DNA of 62,796 nucleotides, counting the filler, from Collodictyon triciliatum (Eukaryota): assembly GCA_043381765.1 (NCBI GenBank). It is 13 parts of 13 records of this genome, joined end to end, with 100 filler letters (N's around TTAATTAATTAA, not from the genome) between each part and the next. Parts side by side here need not be neighbours in the genome. Positions count along the whole stretch, not along the records: positions 10,188 to 15,179 come from JBHJMP010005577.1; positions 15,280 to 18,497 come from JBHJMP010005579.1; positions 18,598 to 23,585 come from JBHJMP010005580.1; positions 23,686 to 28,663 come from JBHJMP010005581.1; positions 28,764 to 33,747 come from JBHJMP010005582.1; 8 more parts are not named here. One strand, given 5' to 3'. A program made the translations under genes and the position numbers. The notes beneath the pieces were generated by a model, which was given only the letters and a program-made list of their open reading frames with translations, was not told the DNA's origin and made no database searches. Numbering within the stretch: position 1 is the first letter of the stretch; the number at the start of each line of letters is the position of its first letter. Below are positions 14,998-33,204 of the stretch, piece by piece.

Positions 14998-16392
14998 TTC
15001 CAGGTCAATGTGCTTCTCTAGGGAAGCAGTGAACATTTTTTTTCCACTTTCTTTTCTTGGTTTTTTTTCTTTCTTCTCCTTTCTTTTCTTTTTTTCTTTT
15101 TTTCTTTTTTTCTTTTTTTCTTTTTTTCTTTTTTTCTTTTTTTCTTTTTTTCTTTTTTTCTTTTTTTCTTTTTTTCTTTNNNNNNNNNNNNNNNNNNNNN
15201 NNNNNNNNNNNNNNNNNNNNNNNTTAATTAATTAANNNNNNNNNNNNNNNNNNNNNNNNNNNNNNNNNNNNNNNNNNNNTGTTTTTTTTTTTTTATGAAA
15301 AATTTTTTTTTTTTATTTTTAAAAAAATATAAAAAAAAAAAATATTTTTTTTTTTTTTTTTTGGAAAATAGAGGTATCCTGATAGCTGAGTAAATAAAAA
15401 TAAGAATTCAACAGACAGCGTAAATCAAGAATATTCAAGTATTTTCTTTTCAGATAAGCATTCATAGCCTCACTAGTTACTTTAACGAGAAAAAGCTTAC
15501 GCAAATGAACATACCCTCTAAATTACATGCATCATTAGAAAAACAGTTTTGCTGGAATGAATATATCCCTATTTTTCTGTTCACAGTGTTTATTCGCGGT
15601 TGTCTTTCGCTAGCTCACTTGGGTAGTGGTTAACGAATCGAAGCAATTCCTTCTTGACGGTGCATCCTTCCCGCTATAGAGTCGGTTATTTTCGGAATAC
15701 TGTTATATGCAGATGGGATTTTCTGCCTTCTTCCGACCAAATATTATTGTTCTATTCACTTAACCACGTTCTTTTTATGCATCAAAAGCCTGAGATCCAA
15801 TGATTCATTTTGGCTTGTAATACGCATTTTTAGTGGTTTTTCGGCATTCGGTCGTTCCTCTATCCTATCCAAATAATTTTACTGATATGTTCTCTTTCTA
15901 TCATTTTATACCACAGCCAATCATGCTAATATTCATATTTGTGTGGTTTATGAGTGGCAAGTACCTCCCTGATATATGCATCACCTTTCCATTCAAAACT
16001 TTCGGTACTTTCACTGGAATAATTAATTTTGAAGGGACTTTACCCTTGCAACCACTTCTTTCGCCTCCTGGCTGCACTGCCAACTCCGAAGCGTTTGCTG
16101 GTTTTGTTTCCCTTCCTCAAACGACTTTTCCTTTTAACTTAAACCCTATATGTTTCTATGACTCATTAATTATAGTCCTGTATCTAACAATTATTCAGCT
16201 TCAATCAGCATCCTCTTTCCCTCGTGCAAGAATACTTTATTTTGTGTATTTGTTTGTACAAACATGTGACTATTATAATTCAATACATTATGTCATGGTT
16301 TGGATGTGTTTTATATTCAGATAGGCCTGTACCATATCGCAAAGTTTTGATTTTTATCCCTCTGTTCGCGTTAGACTAAATGACTAATATGC

Positions 16393-16493
16393 ATGTATGT
16401 ATGTATGTATGTATGTATGTATGTATGTATGTATGTATGTATGTATGTATGTATGTATGTATGTATGTATGTATGTATGTATGTATGTATGTA
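16393..16493. repeat. (TATG)n microsatellite
   Basis: Tandem TATG seen directly. Confidence 0.95.
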
Positions 16494-18079
16494 TTGCATA
16501 TGGGACATACCTGTTGGGTGTGTTGTTTACCGCAGCAGACACTACTGTCAGGAGCCTTGCTGAAGCCACGGGGCTGCTCCCCACCAAGTCGGGATACGGC
16601 ACCGCGTATAACCGTTGGAAAATACCCCACCAGTTCGCGTAGTGACTCCCTTTAGTAGTTCAGTTCTCAGCGAGGACAGGTTCCAACTGTGGAGCGCTGC
16701 AAACATCGGCCATCCCAAGATAAGAAAGATATTCGTTGCAAGGAGCGCCGGAGCCATCCAATGAACTCCACAGCGCCACGCTCAACGCCCGCCTACCCTC
16801 CTTAACCCGGCAAGGATAGCCCGCATGAATGAATCGATGATGAGAGGACGTTCTATTTGACTAGTTGGCTTCTTCAGGGGATTTATGAAGCAAAAGAATT
16901 TGGGTCAAAACTTATAGATCTTTAACATTGTTAATTAAGACTTACAGAGGGTTTAAGCCCCATCCGCAGGTTGCATGTGCACAATTTTGCAATCCATTCG
17001 CCGGTTGTGTCAGCAGGGTTGGAATGGTTGTGATAATCACCAAATCCCTCTGCAGGCACGCGGAGCAATCAGCCGTTGATTGGTGATGAATAATCTCATA
17101 TATGCTTGAATCTTGGGCTGCAACCTCCTGAGTAACAGGAACATGCCCCTTCTCGATTTTTGAAAATTCAAAATTTTGATTTGCAAGGTGATAACAGCAT
17201 GATTCCATCACTTCCACAAGCATCAATCAATTTTGGTGTGGAGGGGAAAATGATGAACGCACAGGGTAGTAGATACACGGGGATAATACTTTTTTTAATC
17301 ATCACACTTTGGTATCGCATTTCATTCAGCATTAAAGAAAAAAATACAGCTCGTTCACACTTTTTTCTTCGTTCCCTATGTTTTTCTATTTTTCATTAAA
17401 TATTCGATAGTTTTCTTCGAAGTAGCAATTGTTGATATGTCTTACCCACTGATAATTTTTTAAATTATATCCATCGTCAAGTACGGTTGCGTCTGTATGA
17501 ATCGTTCTGATAGAAATATTTTTTTTTAATATTCCTTTCAACACCTTCAAAATGAGATGTCATTATAATAACAGAAGTTGAAAAACTCACAAAAATACAA
17601 AATTAGCGCTGTGTCATAATTAATTACACCCTTTATAATAGACGAGTCCATAAGAATACTATACGACAATATCTGAGATGTATAATCACAGAAAAGGAGC
17701 CATAATCTTAGTAGACAAATTCTCTCACGTTCCATCGATGCCCAAATATCTCTTGGGGTCTGGATAATTTTTCTTTTTAAAAAAAATTGTAAAATAAAAA
17801 TATACGTGAACAGCACAAAGCAGACAGGGTCATTTCACACAATCTCTGGGTATGGAATACCCATTCCAAACCTTACGAGTGTCCCCTCGTTTCATTTGGA
17901 TACCAAATCCCTCACTCCTATACTCCTACAGTCTACATTTTTTTCAACAAAATGGGAAATGTTCTGGTCTTTTAAGACATCATAATGCCGCTTACATCAA
18001 CCAAAGAAAAATATATGCAAATATAAAATAGTTAATTTTCTAACGACTAGATGGATAACACCCATATATACGCAGCATA

Positions 18080-18497
<418 letters not shown>

Positions 18498-18597
18498 NNN
18501 NNNNNNNNNNNNNNNNNNNNNNNNNNNNNNNNNNNNNNNNNTTAATTAATTAANNNNNNNNNNNNNNNNNNNNNNNNNNNNNNNNNNNNNNNNNNNN

Positions 18598-18943
18598 GCA
18601 AAGCAAGACTCAACAACCAGCCACCCATTCCTGATAACAGGCTGAATGACATCATACAAATCTCTTTCCTCAACAGCTTTCTTCGCCACCTGCACGAACT
18701 CTACTACTCAGACCCCGTGAGAAGAGACATGTGGAAAGAAGCTGAGAAAGATATTAAACCTCGCCTAGACTCTCTCATGCAAGCACAAGACTTAGGCTAC
18801 AGGCCAAACCGCAGGATGCAATTCCTGATTACCGACTACTTCTCCGCCACCCGGCCACCGAGTAGCGTCCATGCAAACGATGGCTAGCGAACCAAAGCCA
18901 ACATCTTCACCATCCTGTACAAAATTGAAAGGAAGAATAAAAA
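18598..18943 (+). mobile_element. Family A LINE 3' end (close copy of 5309-5660)
   Basis: Direct sequence match; ends AAATTGAAAGGAAGAATAAAAA. Confidence 0.8.
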
Positions 18944-19337
18944 TGATCCCTGGATGGCATAAATTAATCCATTTGCACCTTGTAACCAACCCCTCTGATT
19001 GTCAAATACCCTACGACAACACTCATAAATTCCGGGAGAAACGAAGGATGAAAAAAAAAACGGCACATAAATCAATAGACAAAGCCTTGTACGATGTAGC
19101 CTTAAGTAATCAACATTACATGTGATCAATATAAGTTGTCACATATCGGTAATATTTGATTACAACCAATCATTCTTTTTCAAATGCAACCAGGCTACCT
19201 TATCTTCCAGCATTTCATCTAGGGTATATGAGACAAACATTCCTTACTTGCACTTGTTTGTTGTAAAGACTAAATTATTAACTTATTAAAAAAAAATCAC
19301 GCATTTATTTTGATCTTTTTGATGGCTGCGCAGTTAT

Positions 19338-22266
19338 CTACCACGAAGCATTGGCTAAATCCAGTAAATTGATGGACACAGACAACACAAAAGAAATAAC
19401 ACCAAACGCTACCAAAGCCGTGGGCCAAAATCTTGCTTCCTTGTCATCCTAAAAAAAAAAAAGCATTGTCTGCTAAGCTTTTCGTCCCTACAAATTTTAT
19501 GTTCGTAAAAAAATTCAAAATTCTTAATAGCCTTGATTAGTTAGCAGTATATATCACATTCAAAGTATTGTTTTTTCATCCCAAAGCACTGTATGAAACG
19601 GATCATGATAAATAATCTCACATCCGGAAGAATTTTTAAGTACATCATCCCTGGGAAAATGTAGCACATGGTCGGAGCACCAACAGCTCCTGTGAGAGCA
19701 AAAACCTAAAACATTTATATTTTTCAATTTCAGTTGTTTTAATTTCAGTACTCTATAGATTTCAACTTTTTTCTGTAGTATTTTATTAGAATATATTCAT
19801 ATTAATCAAAAATGACAGAATTTCAGAACCAAGTATATAAATACATATCATTTTATCATAAAAAAACCTGGGTCAGACTAGGCGCAAAAATGGCAACTAT
19901 CAAGGAGAGAGTGATGATGAGAAATCCTTCTGCGATAACAATTGGCCACGAAAGCGGTGGAAAGTGTAACACATTTTCTTTTTCGATCGACCTCTATAAA
20001 ACCCAAGAAAGTCAAGTCTACGCATATTTTATCTACTATTTCATCCCACCGTTAATTTGTAGGTTTTTAACACCCAATGTAACGCATAAACCTATTTTCG
20101 TTGGCATAAATAAATATTCTAATCACATTTTAAAGTGTTTGAATCTAATATGGATGGCTGTTTACTTGGAGAAGTGACCATGTATCACCACTCTTGAAAA
20201 GGTGATACAACTGATCCACAGATTGCTTCAATGGTTGATAAATGATGGGACACGAAAAAGTAAGCACAGTGCTTAAGGAAACTCTTCCAATTGCTTTTTT
20301 TGAAATTAAAAGGCGATGAGAATAAGAACCACAATGGTCAAGATATAATTTTGTGATAAATGGTACGCTACCGGCTACTATATCGTCATTACTATAATTT
20401 GATAAAATGGTGTCTTCTGTTTCATCTATAAGAGCAAGTTGAAATTAAATTTGTTGGTTAAAAAAGGCACCGGTTCATGTAAAGGGGGTATAAACCTATC
20501 TTAAATTGCTCCTGAAATCGTATAAAAAGTTTTTTTGAAAAATAATGTAATAAAAACCTCCAAAATGAACGTATCCAAATGAAGCCACAGTCGCATAGAC
20601 GACTAAATTTTCAAATTTCATCCATAGTTAACCAATAAAGTAATCAAAAATAAATATCAAACTCATATAATGGTATGAAAATTAACTAAAAAAGCTAACT
20701 CAATAAACTGTTGAAAAGAAACCAAAAAAAACTAAAAAAGCTAACGAATGCAAATCGATAATGAGTAGCGAACTAGTTTGTTGGCAGCATCATCGGTTGT
20801 TGGTCTCCTCAGCTCAGAATAAACTGGAATCATCTAATCATATATATGTAATTTTGAAAGATTAATATAGTTTAAGTTATTGATTTTGATCTGGATCAGG
20901 CTATAATTATGGCCTTTCGTTTATTTCTATTTTCAAATGTTGCTTCTTTCCTGCTGATGTAAATATACCTGCGCACTGCAATTATATGAAAAAAGAACGA
21001 TTGGAAGTGCAACAAAAAAGTCCAGGTTCATGTCAAACTTTTTTTAAAAAAAAATTTTTTTTATCAGCGATAGTGAAAATTGATGTTAGCAGACTGTCAC
21101 TGAATGATTACATCTAATTATTTTATCATCACCTGTTTGATATCTTTCTTATCATTATTTCCCATTTCATCAATACTCTTTCCAGCTACCATGAATGTAA
21201 TGAAAATTACACACACGATTGCTGCCAACGACGAATGCTTCAGATAGTCCATTTTCGGCAGCAAACTTAGTGGAAGGATGATACAGTACTGCAAAATAAC
21301 TTCTGTCAATTTATTGTTAAATTATTGATTTAATTATTTTATTGATAAATCAGACAAACTGTGACAACGACGAGCAATATTGTTCGACGATCATTGGGGC
21401 TAATACTAAGGCTCAAATACTCTTCAAATATGGGTTCCATAGTATCACCAATGACTGGAAAAGTAAATTATACTATTAAATAAAATTTAAAGATGATGCA
21501 TGCATATGATATTTACCTATCATGTATGCTACCAGAACTCCGAAGCTACACACCGCCTGGATCACGTCCAATGCAATACACAACCAAGGACCACAAGTCT
21601 TCAAAGCGACCTATTGATTGCTCGATAACTATATTCACAGAATTTTTCTAATACGTTGAAAAATTAAAAAGAATTGGGTTATTAAAGCTAACTTACTCGG
21701 CTGCAAGAATATTGATTTGTGGCTAAACTGCATTTGTGAAGAAGGAAATAGGCGTAGTTTGCCAGTAAAGCCACGACCACAATCAAAATTATACCAAACG
21801 ACAGTCCAAGAATCTTGTAACAGCATTGTAAAGGTATTCAATTTATTTACATCGAAATGATACAATCCGAAACATAATCCCAATAGTATCTCATATACCA
21901 ACTAATAAAAAGTTAGGTATATTCGCTATTCTAATTGTCTATTTGCAAATAGGTAATATGAGAACTGAATAATAGTAGAAGATGAATGATTTCGTTACAA
22001 GCACCCCCATCTCCCCCACTTATCACACTGACACTCACCTTCATGCAAAATGGAAGCGCTAAAACGCCGGCTCCAAGGATTGAATTGGTGAGGTTGAAAA
22101 CTGCAGCTGGAAGCGATGTGACAAAATCTGTTTCACAGGATTTGCTTCCTGACGGCAGAAGAGGGAGGGAATAGTGCGGGTCTTCAGAGAAGTAATTGAT
22201 CCCAGGCGTTGGAGGGGGCGGTGTACTTGGTTGCCCTCCACTGCGGAAACCCGAATTGATTGACAT
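19338..22266 (-). CDS. Amino acid transporter, Aa_trans family (SLC38/AVT-like), about 12 exons
   Basis: SLPAAVFNLTNSILGAGVLALPFCMK, FGVLVAYMIVIGDT, IILPLSLLPKMDYLKHSS, ALPIVLFSYNCSAQMIPVYSELRRP, FGYVHFGDETEDTILSNY and VFALTGAVGAPTMCYIFPG. GT-AG introns keep the frame. Confidence 0.92.
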
Positions 22267-23377
22267 ATTTGGACTCTTCTGCGGGTTATAAAATACAAGC
22301 TATTTAGGTGTGTATTATGCTTATGATATGGCCAAGAATCAAGCTACCCATCAAAAAGATTTTTCCTTTGAGTTGTGATAAACATTGTGTTTTTTTACCA
22401 TGGCAATAATTCATATAATGAGGTTGATAACAAGATAGGGATCCGCACGTGAGGAGAAATATAAGGCTACACAGGTGATTCATAGGAGAATGAATTAAGC
22501 CTTTGGATTTACACTAAGGGTATCCGCAAGTTTGAGTGAAAGGTAGCTACCACACCGGCAGATACTTTATTGATGGTCAAAGTACCATTTGGCTTCATCT
22601 TGGTGGGTTTCAAAGGTAATTAAATTTTATTATGCTTCACAGAGAAAATAAGATTACAAGAAGCATTATATTGTGAAATCTGAAATACTTTGCGTTCTGA
22701 ACCATAATTCGGGACGTTTTTTTCCCAAGTGTGTTGGTGTGTTTGTGTGAGCTGAAACGGTCGCGGCGCTTATATCATCTCGTCTATTTATGGAAGCGTA
22801 GATAAGTCATATTGTAATGACAGGCATGCGGTTTGCGCATGCAGTGCACCACGATAGCACCACACGTCAAATTGTCACATATCCTGATTTCAATTTGGTA
22901 TGATTACCAAGTGAATTTTGGTTGGGTTGTCCACTTGCCCAACCAGAACTTCTGGCGAACCTAAACTTCCGGTATCCAAACGCGCTAACCAAAGCCGTCG
23001 CACCTGAACTAAACTTTTTCTTCTTTCTTTTTCCAGTGAACTCACTGTAATGAATGCACCAAGCTATTAGAAAGAGACAGAAAAACAGAAGAGTGGAAAG
23101 GTTCCAATCGGTTTGAAAAGCAGTGCAACCAAAGTCTTTTTTTTTTTTTTGTGACAGAAGGTGGCATAGAAGCTCACTGTAAGGGAAAGCGACGTAGAAA
23201 AGAAAGGAATAGATGAATGGCAGGATAAAATATAGGCTTGATACTAAACTAATGTGATCTTGTACCTTAACACCTCAGTAACACCCCCTTTCACAGAAAA
23301 TATTGTTTCTGGTTTTTTTTTCTACGCAAATGGAAAGCATTCTGATGACAAGTCCAATCATAGGATTGATTTTTAAT

Positions 23378-23584
23378 TTATTCATCTTGGCTTTTTGGTT
23401 CCAGCGGAGGTGAATCCTTCTGCATCACAGCTTGGATGGCGTCAATCAATTCTTGATACTGATCTACCTGAAATAGATAAACAGCCTGCGAGTCACCCAA
23501 GAATTCAAGGCGAATAATCGACTTATCGGTCTTGCCGGATGAAAGTTTTGCCAACGATGAGCACTCATGTTTGGAGGATACTAG
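23378..23584 (-). CDS. 3' end of an unidentified gene, cut by contig end
   Basis: Acceptor TTTCAG followed by VDQYQELIDAIQAVMQKDSPPLEPKSQDE*. Confidence 0.4.
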   Translation of the reverse strand, partial: LVSSKHECSSLAKLSSGKTDKSIIRLEFLGDSQAVYLFQVDQYQELIDAIQAVMQKDSPPLEPKSQDE

Positions 23585-23763
23585 ANNNNNNNNNNNNNNN
23601 NNNNNNNNNNNNNNNNNNNNNNNNNNNNNTTAATTAATTAANNNNNNNNNNNNNNNNNNNNNNNNNNNNNNNNNNNNNNNNNNNNAATACCCCAGAGGCA
23701 ATCCTGCACCCTTTTATCCAGCAGCGCTCTCGGTGCGGTCGGAACGGGCCGGGTTTATTCACA

Positions 23764-26700
23764 CTAGCGAATCTCATGGATTTTCGAGGCGAGGCAGTTT
23801 GGCAGATGCTCGGTGAGGAATTTGTCCACCCGCACCTCTGAAGGCATAAACGGGTCCGGATACTTGTACCAGGCAAGGGCGGCGAGGGCCTGGCAGGGGG
23901 AAAGCAAGGCTCAGTCTTGCGATCACTCGGTGATGGGATGATGGTGATGATGATGATGATGATGATGATGGTGAACTTCGGCGAATTGGTCGTAGCCCAT
24001 TTCTGTGCTGTCGGAGTCGTCGAAGGAGGAAGGGGATATAGATGCCCGCATGATGTTGTTGAACAGCTTCTTCATGTGCATCGCAGTCATTAGGTCACCC
24101 AAGGCGATGTCCTGTTGTGGTGATTGTATTGTATTGTGTTGTGTTGTGTTGTGTTGTGTTGTGTTGTGTTGTGTTGTGTTGTGTTGTGTTGTGTTGTATT
24201 GTGTTGTATTGTATTGTATTGTATTGTATTGAGGAAATGAATGTATGACGTGCGGCATCGATCTTCAGGATTACCCTGCAAAAGAGTGTAAACTCTGTGA
24301 TGTTGATGCTGTCCTGATGCTTTCGCGAGTGTTCGGTTCTCACGTCAAGGGCAGAGTAGTGCTTGAATATCTTTTTAAGTTTGATGTGGCTGATGTCGTA
24401 TATGTTCTGGCGGTCGGTGTTCATTGATTCGTTGGTTAGTTAATTGATGGGTAAGTGGGTGGGTGGGTGGTTATACTGGTATATCTGCACGTATTCTCTA
24501 GTATTCGGATTACTTGAATTGCAGGTTTGTGGTAATCCTTTTTGAATCGCGTTGGGTCCGACTGCGATGCGAACGGAAGAATGTCATTCTCGATGAATGC
24601 CTTGAGGCGGTCTCTAACAAGATAAATGGACGGTGGGATGAACTTCAGTGTTCTGCACTTACGAAATGCGAAATGTGGTGTGATGTGATGTGGTTTGGTT
24701 TGGTTTGGTTTGGTTTGGTATCATCCACACTTCGGTTTACAATTTAAGAGTTTGCATCAGTTTTATATGTAAATATGTTTCATTCTTAACAAATCATTAA
24801 AAAAATATTTTATTATCTATTTGTATATATTCATGATTATAAATAGGAAAATGCCTCATACACAACACTCCCCCGCGTGAGTTTGTATCTCTGGTCTGCG
24901 AATCGGACAATCGCCTCGATGAATTCGTCGAGTGTGACTTCTGCTTTGATATTCTCTGCTCCCTATCCCGCAATCATTAGCCCGAAATTACATGCAAGAG
25001 TATAAAATAGCACAACGTGTGCCTAGATATTATCACATCCGTGCTCTATCGATAGTTTTGAATTGCGAGCATACGTATTGTGACATCCTCAGGGATTCAG
25101 GATTGATGAACAGAGACTCTAACGAAGCTATATATCAAGGAATTACCCTTCAATCAGTAAATATATATGTGTGCATAACAAAAAAAAATGTATAATTAAG
25201 CTATAAAAAGATAAAAGGATATAAATATTAATAAGAACAATGTAGGGCACAATAAATTTTAAAAAAATCAATCACTTGCCGTATGTAACGTCCTTTGGAA
25301 CCAAATGACACGCATGGACAAACTCTCTGTAATGCTGCACCGTCATATTACTTCCTCGACCGTAGTATAGATAAATTCTTTTTAAATCACCTACAAAGCA
25401 GTTGTTGACAAAGATTTTTTTTAAAAAAAATTATTTTTTCTTTTTTCTTTTATTAAAATATGTTTTTTTTTAAAAAAAAAAATAACAATAACAATAAAAG
25501 AATCGAATGAAACAAGGAAAACGGTAAGAATCTAGGTATAAAATCCGTAAGTTTCTCTTAATCTACTTCGATTGTCTAGTTGTCCTTGCATTCGTGTGAG
25601 GCGCATATATATAGAAATATTCACATTCATCATATGATTTCCTTACCCAGATATATTCCAAGAATTCTGAGCAACGATACATTCTCGTCTCCTTGTGCTT
25701 GCTCCCACTCTCCAAGGTCCTTCGTTTTAGACATGACTTCTTTTCCTTTCTCCTCGAGAATCTTGAGTTCTTCTTCGTCAATAACCAAACGATCACCAGC
25801 AATTCGGTGTTGTATGTACAATTGCGTTCGGTCACGGATACTTTCACATATCTACATTTTTTTTAAAAAAAAAAAATAACAAAAGGATGAAAATGAATAA
25901 ACCATTTTAAAAAAATACAATATAGTGTTTAATCAGTTTTTTTTTTTTTCGAATTCGCTAAAAAAAAATGCAACTTAAAAAAAATTGAGAATTGAAATGG
26001 AAATGAAGACCTTGTCCCAAAGTTTTGTTTGAAGTTCGCTGTCTTCTAGTATGAATGACGTTCTCTCTTGTAGCTGACTCGATTTTTTTATAAAGAGGTC
26101 TATCAAATCCATAGGGAGATCTCTTTTGACTGGAAGATAAAGTATTTATCCGGTATCATTAAAACAAGGTACACTTTGAAAATTGTCAAAAATAATTGTC
26201 ATTTTTATTTTCATGACGTCATTGAAACGGATTTTTGCTAAGGCTGAAAAGAAAACTATTACAATCGAACGATATAATATTGATTCGTATAGATTAGATG
26301 AAACCATACCATCCCAGCAATTGATATCATCCCAGGCTTCAATGACGTGGTTATATAATACGTGCAACTCAATCACGTCATTCGATGTGAACTCCAAGTT
26401 TGGCTGCTGAAGAAGAATAGCCCCCAAAAATCTAGCATGGTGGTCACTATTCTCCACTCCTCCCTGTCATTTACACAAACCCAATAAAATGTATCAATAT
26501 TAGCTAGTCTTTTCCTCTTCTTTTTTTTTTTTTTGATTCAAAATCTTGTTAATTGACTATAGAATAGTCCATTATTTGAAAATTTCAAAACTAGATTTTT
26601 ATTTATTTCTTTTTCTTATCTTTTCTTTTTCTTATCTTTTCTTTTTCTTATCTTTTCTTTTCTTATCTTTTCTTTTCTTATCTTTTCTTTTTTTCTTTTT

Positions 26701-27741
26701 TTCTTTTTTTCTTTTTTTTCTTTAGAAAAACTACAGTGTTTTTGAAAGAAAATGGAAGGTATTATAATCTGAAATGGTGGTAAGATTATTTACAAGCAGC
26801 TTGGGCATATAGTAATCAAGATACTCTAGATTGAGAGAAATGGCTCACCGTCCCAAGGTCTTCTGGAGTTAGAGATACATACACCCCTATTTCTCGCGCT
26901 TTTTGTAGGATTATGCGGGCACGAACACATCTGTTCTCATGGTCAGAGATTTCAGATAATATCGAGCAGGGCATTATGAACTTCCCAATCAAATCCAGAA
27001 TATGTGCATACGGAATACAACTCTATTACATAGGATTATAAGAAGGTAAACTTCGATGCCACAGAATAAACACATGTCTTCAAGGGTTGCTGATATAAAG
27101 TTAAGATGGTATGAAACGACATGTAATTTTTATTACTCTTAGGTCGGAGTGGAAATTTGTTATTCGAATCGCAGCATTTGCTTTTTTAAGCTGAAAGTTA
27201 GTCCATGCCATTATGAGCTCCTCTCGATTTTCATGCTCCGCTTTATGAACAACCTATATTTGTTGTATATAAAAAATCAAAAATAACTGTATGCTTTAAT
27301 TTTGATTTTATCGTTCTGTTGATCTTTCTTTACTTAAAGGGGATGAGCATGCAAAGAAATGATTAATGTGATTGTATCTAAATTATTGCAGCAAAATAAT
27401 AGTAATAATTAAAACTGACCAAAATAAGGTATTTACACAATCAGTATTCAGAAAGCAAAGTACCTGTTCATATGTCAATCCAGGGAACATAAACATCGGG
27501 TGCTGGTATCGTTTGGTTGTGATTTCGTTCAATTGGCTCTTCAATCGTTTAATCACATCGCGGCCCTGTCATTAACACAATATATGGAGAGGCGTCACAA
27601 CAAGAATGTACAATAAATAANNNNNNNNNNNNNNNNNNNNNNNNNNNNNNNNNNNNNNNNNNNNNNNNNNNNNNNNNNNNNNNNNNNNNNNNNNNNNNNN
27701 NNNNNNNNNNNNNNNNNNNNNNNNNNNNNNNNNNNNNNNNN

Positions 27742-27790
<49 letters not shown>

Positions 27791-27934
27791 TGCTTTGAGT
27801 TCAAGGGCAGCGTGATGAAAGAAAGCGATAAGTGATAAGAAAACCTTTGCGATTGTCCTCCACACACAAGCAACACTCACAATGTCAGATATAGACATCG
27901 TTCCCACTACAATATTCGTAGCACTCGGCTCCAT
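23764..27934 (-). CDS. Calponin-homology domain protein with C-terminal EF-hand-like repeats, multi-exon
   Basis: EELIMAWTNFQLKKANAAIRITNFHSDLR...RARIILQKAREIGVYVSLTPEDL...HARFLGAILLQQP is fimbrin-type CH-like. VTLDEFIEAIVRFADQRY, IFKHY...DSINITEFTLFCR and EMGYDQFAEALAALA are EF-hand-like. The start is uncertain, and there is an internal gap at 27621-27741. Confidence 0.7.
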
Positions 27935-28107
27935 CCTTCAAGCAGTATACACCTAGCTTTGATATTCAGTACTGCTGTTTTCACGTTCTTCCCTCTCTAA
28001 CCCTGCCTTTTCTCTGCTCTGTATTCCGTTGTTGAGTAGAGCAATAAATGTGGGATATGACCTCTCAAGTATAAAAACAAAAGGAAGAGTCGGGCGGAAA
28101 TAAAACA

Positions 28108-28138
<31 letters not shown>

Positions 28139-28561
28139 CAAAACAAAACAAAACAAAACAAAACAAAACAAAACAAAACAAAACAAAACAAAAAAATGAA
28201 AAATGAAAAATGAAAAATGAAAAATGAAAAATGAAAAATGAAAAATGAAAAATGAAAAAGAGAAAGAGAAAGAGAAAGAGAAAGAGAAAGAGAAAGAGAA
28301 GCAGGAAAAGAATGAAAGAAAAGGGGAAAAGCCGTAAGATCTGGGCTTGGTCGGATCGGTAGTCGAATGTGTGAATGCGTCAAGCTGTGCTCTGTCCCGA
28401 AAGGCTGTTTAGTCAAAATATTCGTTTCTATGAAGAATTTCTCAAAGATTGATCAATTCAAAACCTTGCAATGCGAGTGAATGTGGTGATCCACATAACG
28501 AGACAGGCTTGAGAGGAGCAACAAAAGAAAAAAAACACAATCAATAAGAAAAAGTCTTCGT

Positions 28562-28631
28562 TCCAAAGCCAACGTCTTCACCATCCTGTACAATATTGAA
28601 AGGAAGAATAAAAAAAAAAAAAAAAAAAAAA
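28562..28631 (+). mobile_element. Short family A LINE 3'-end copy with poly-A
   Basis: CCAAAGCCAACGTCTTCACCATCCTGTACAATATTGAAAGGAAGAAT followed by poly-A. Confidence 0.75.
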
Positions 28632-28929
28632 AGAAAAATTTTTCGAAAAAAAAAAAAAACAACNNNNNNNNNNNNNNNNNNNNNNNNNNNNNNNNNNNNN
28701 NNNNNNNTTAATTAATTAANNNNNNNNNNNNNNNNNNNNNNNNNNNNNNNNNNNNNNNNNNNNAGCAAAAACAAAACAAAACAAAACAAAACAAAACAAA
28801 ACAAAACAAAACAAAACAAAACAAGCCGAAGCAAAATAACACACTGACAAAAGTGCAAAAATAGTGTTTAAAGAAACTATATCCATGGAAAGGTCACCGC
28901 CCTAAGAAAGCAGAGAAGGCTGATAAGTT

Positions 28930-29046
28930 AAACAAACAAACAAACAAACAAACAAACAAACAAACAAACAAACAAACAAACAAACAAACAAACAAACAAA
29001 CAAACAAACAAACAAACAAACAAACAAACAAACAAACAAACAAACA
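28930..29046. repeat. (AAAC)n microsatellite just upstream of the DNAAF4 start
   Basis: Tandem AAAC seen directly. Confidence 0.95.
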
Positions 29047-29071
29047 GGCAAGAAAAGAAAGCCGCCAGGAA

Positions 29072-32950
<3,879 letters not shown>

Positions 32951-33204
32951 TTATTTTTTCCTCGTTTGACCAACCATGTCCATCATCAAAGAAGCGACCA
33001 CAAACCTTTTTTTTTATGACCATTGTTAGTGAAATAAAGCGGTGTGAGCACCATTCGTGATTCATTGTTTTCTGCACACGTTCAGTATTGGGTTATAGAT
33101 ATAGATGTTCTGAGCAGCGAGCATCCCATGCACAAAGGCGTCATACGCCCAACAAAATAATGCCTATTATTTTTTCTACTTTAAAATCTAGGTGTTAAAC
33201 AATT

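Noticed and set aside
25213-25222. ATATCCTTTT on the minus strand, a possible second U12 donor
   Set aside because: It lies inside an intron already explained by a frame-preserving GC-AG pair, and no matching branch site or AC acceptor was found.
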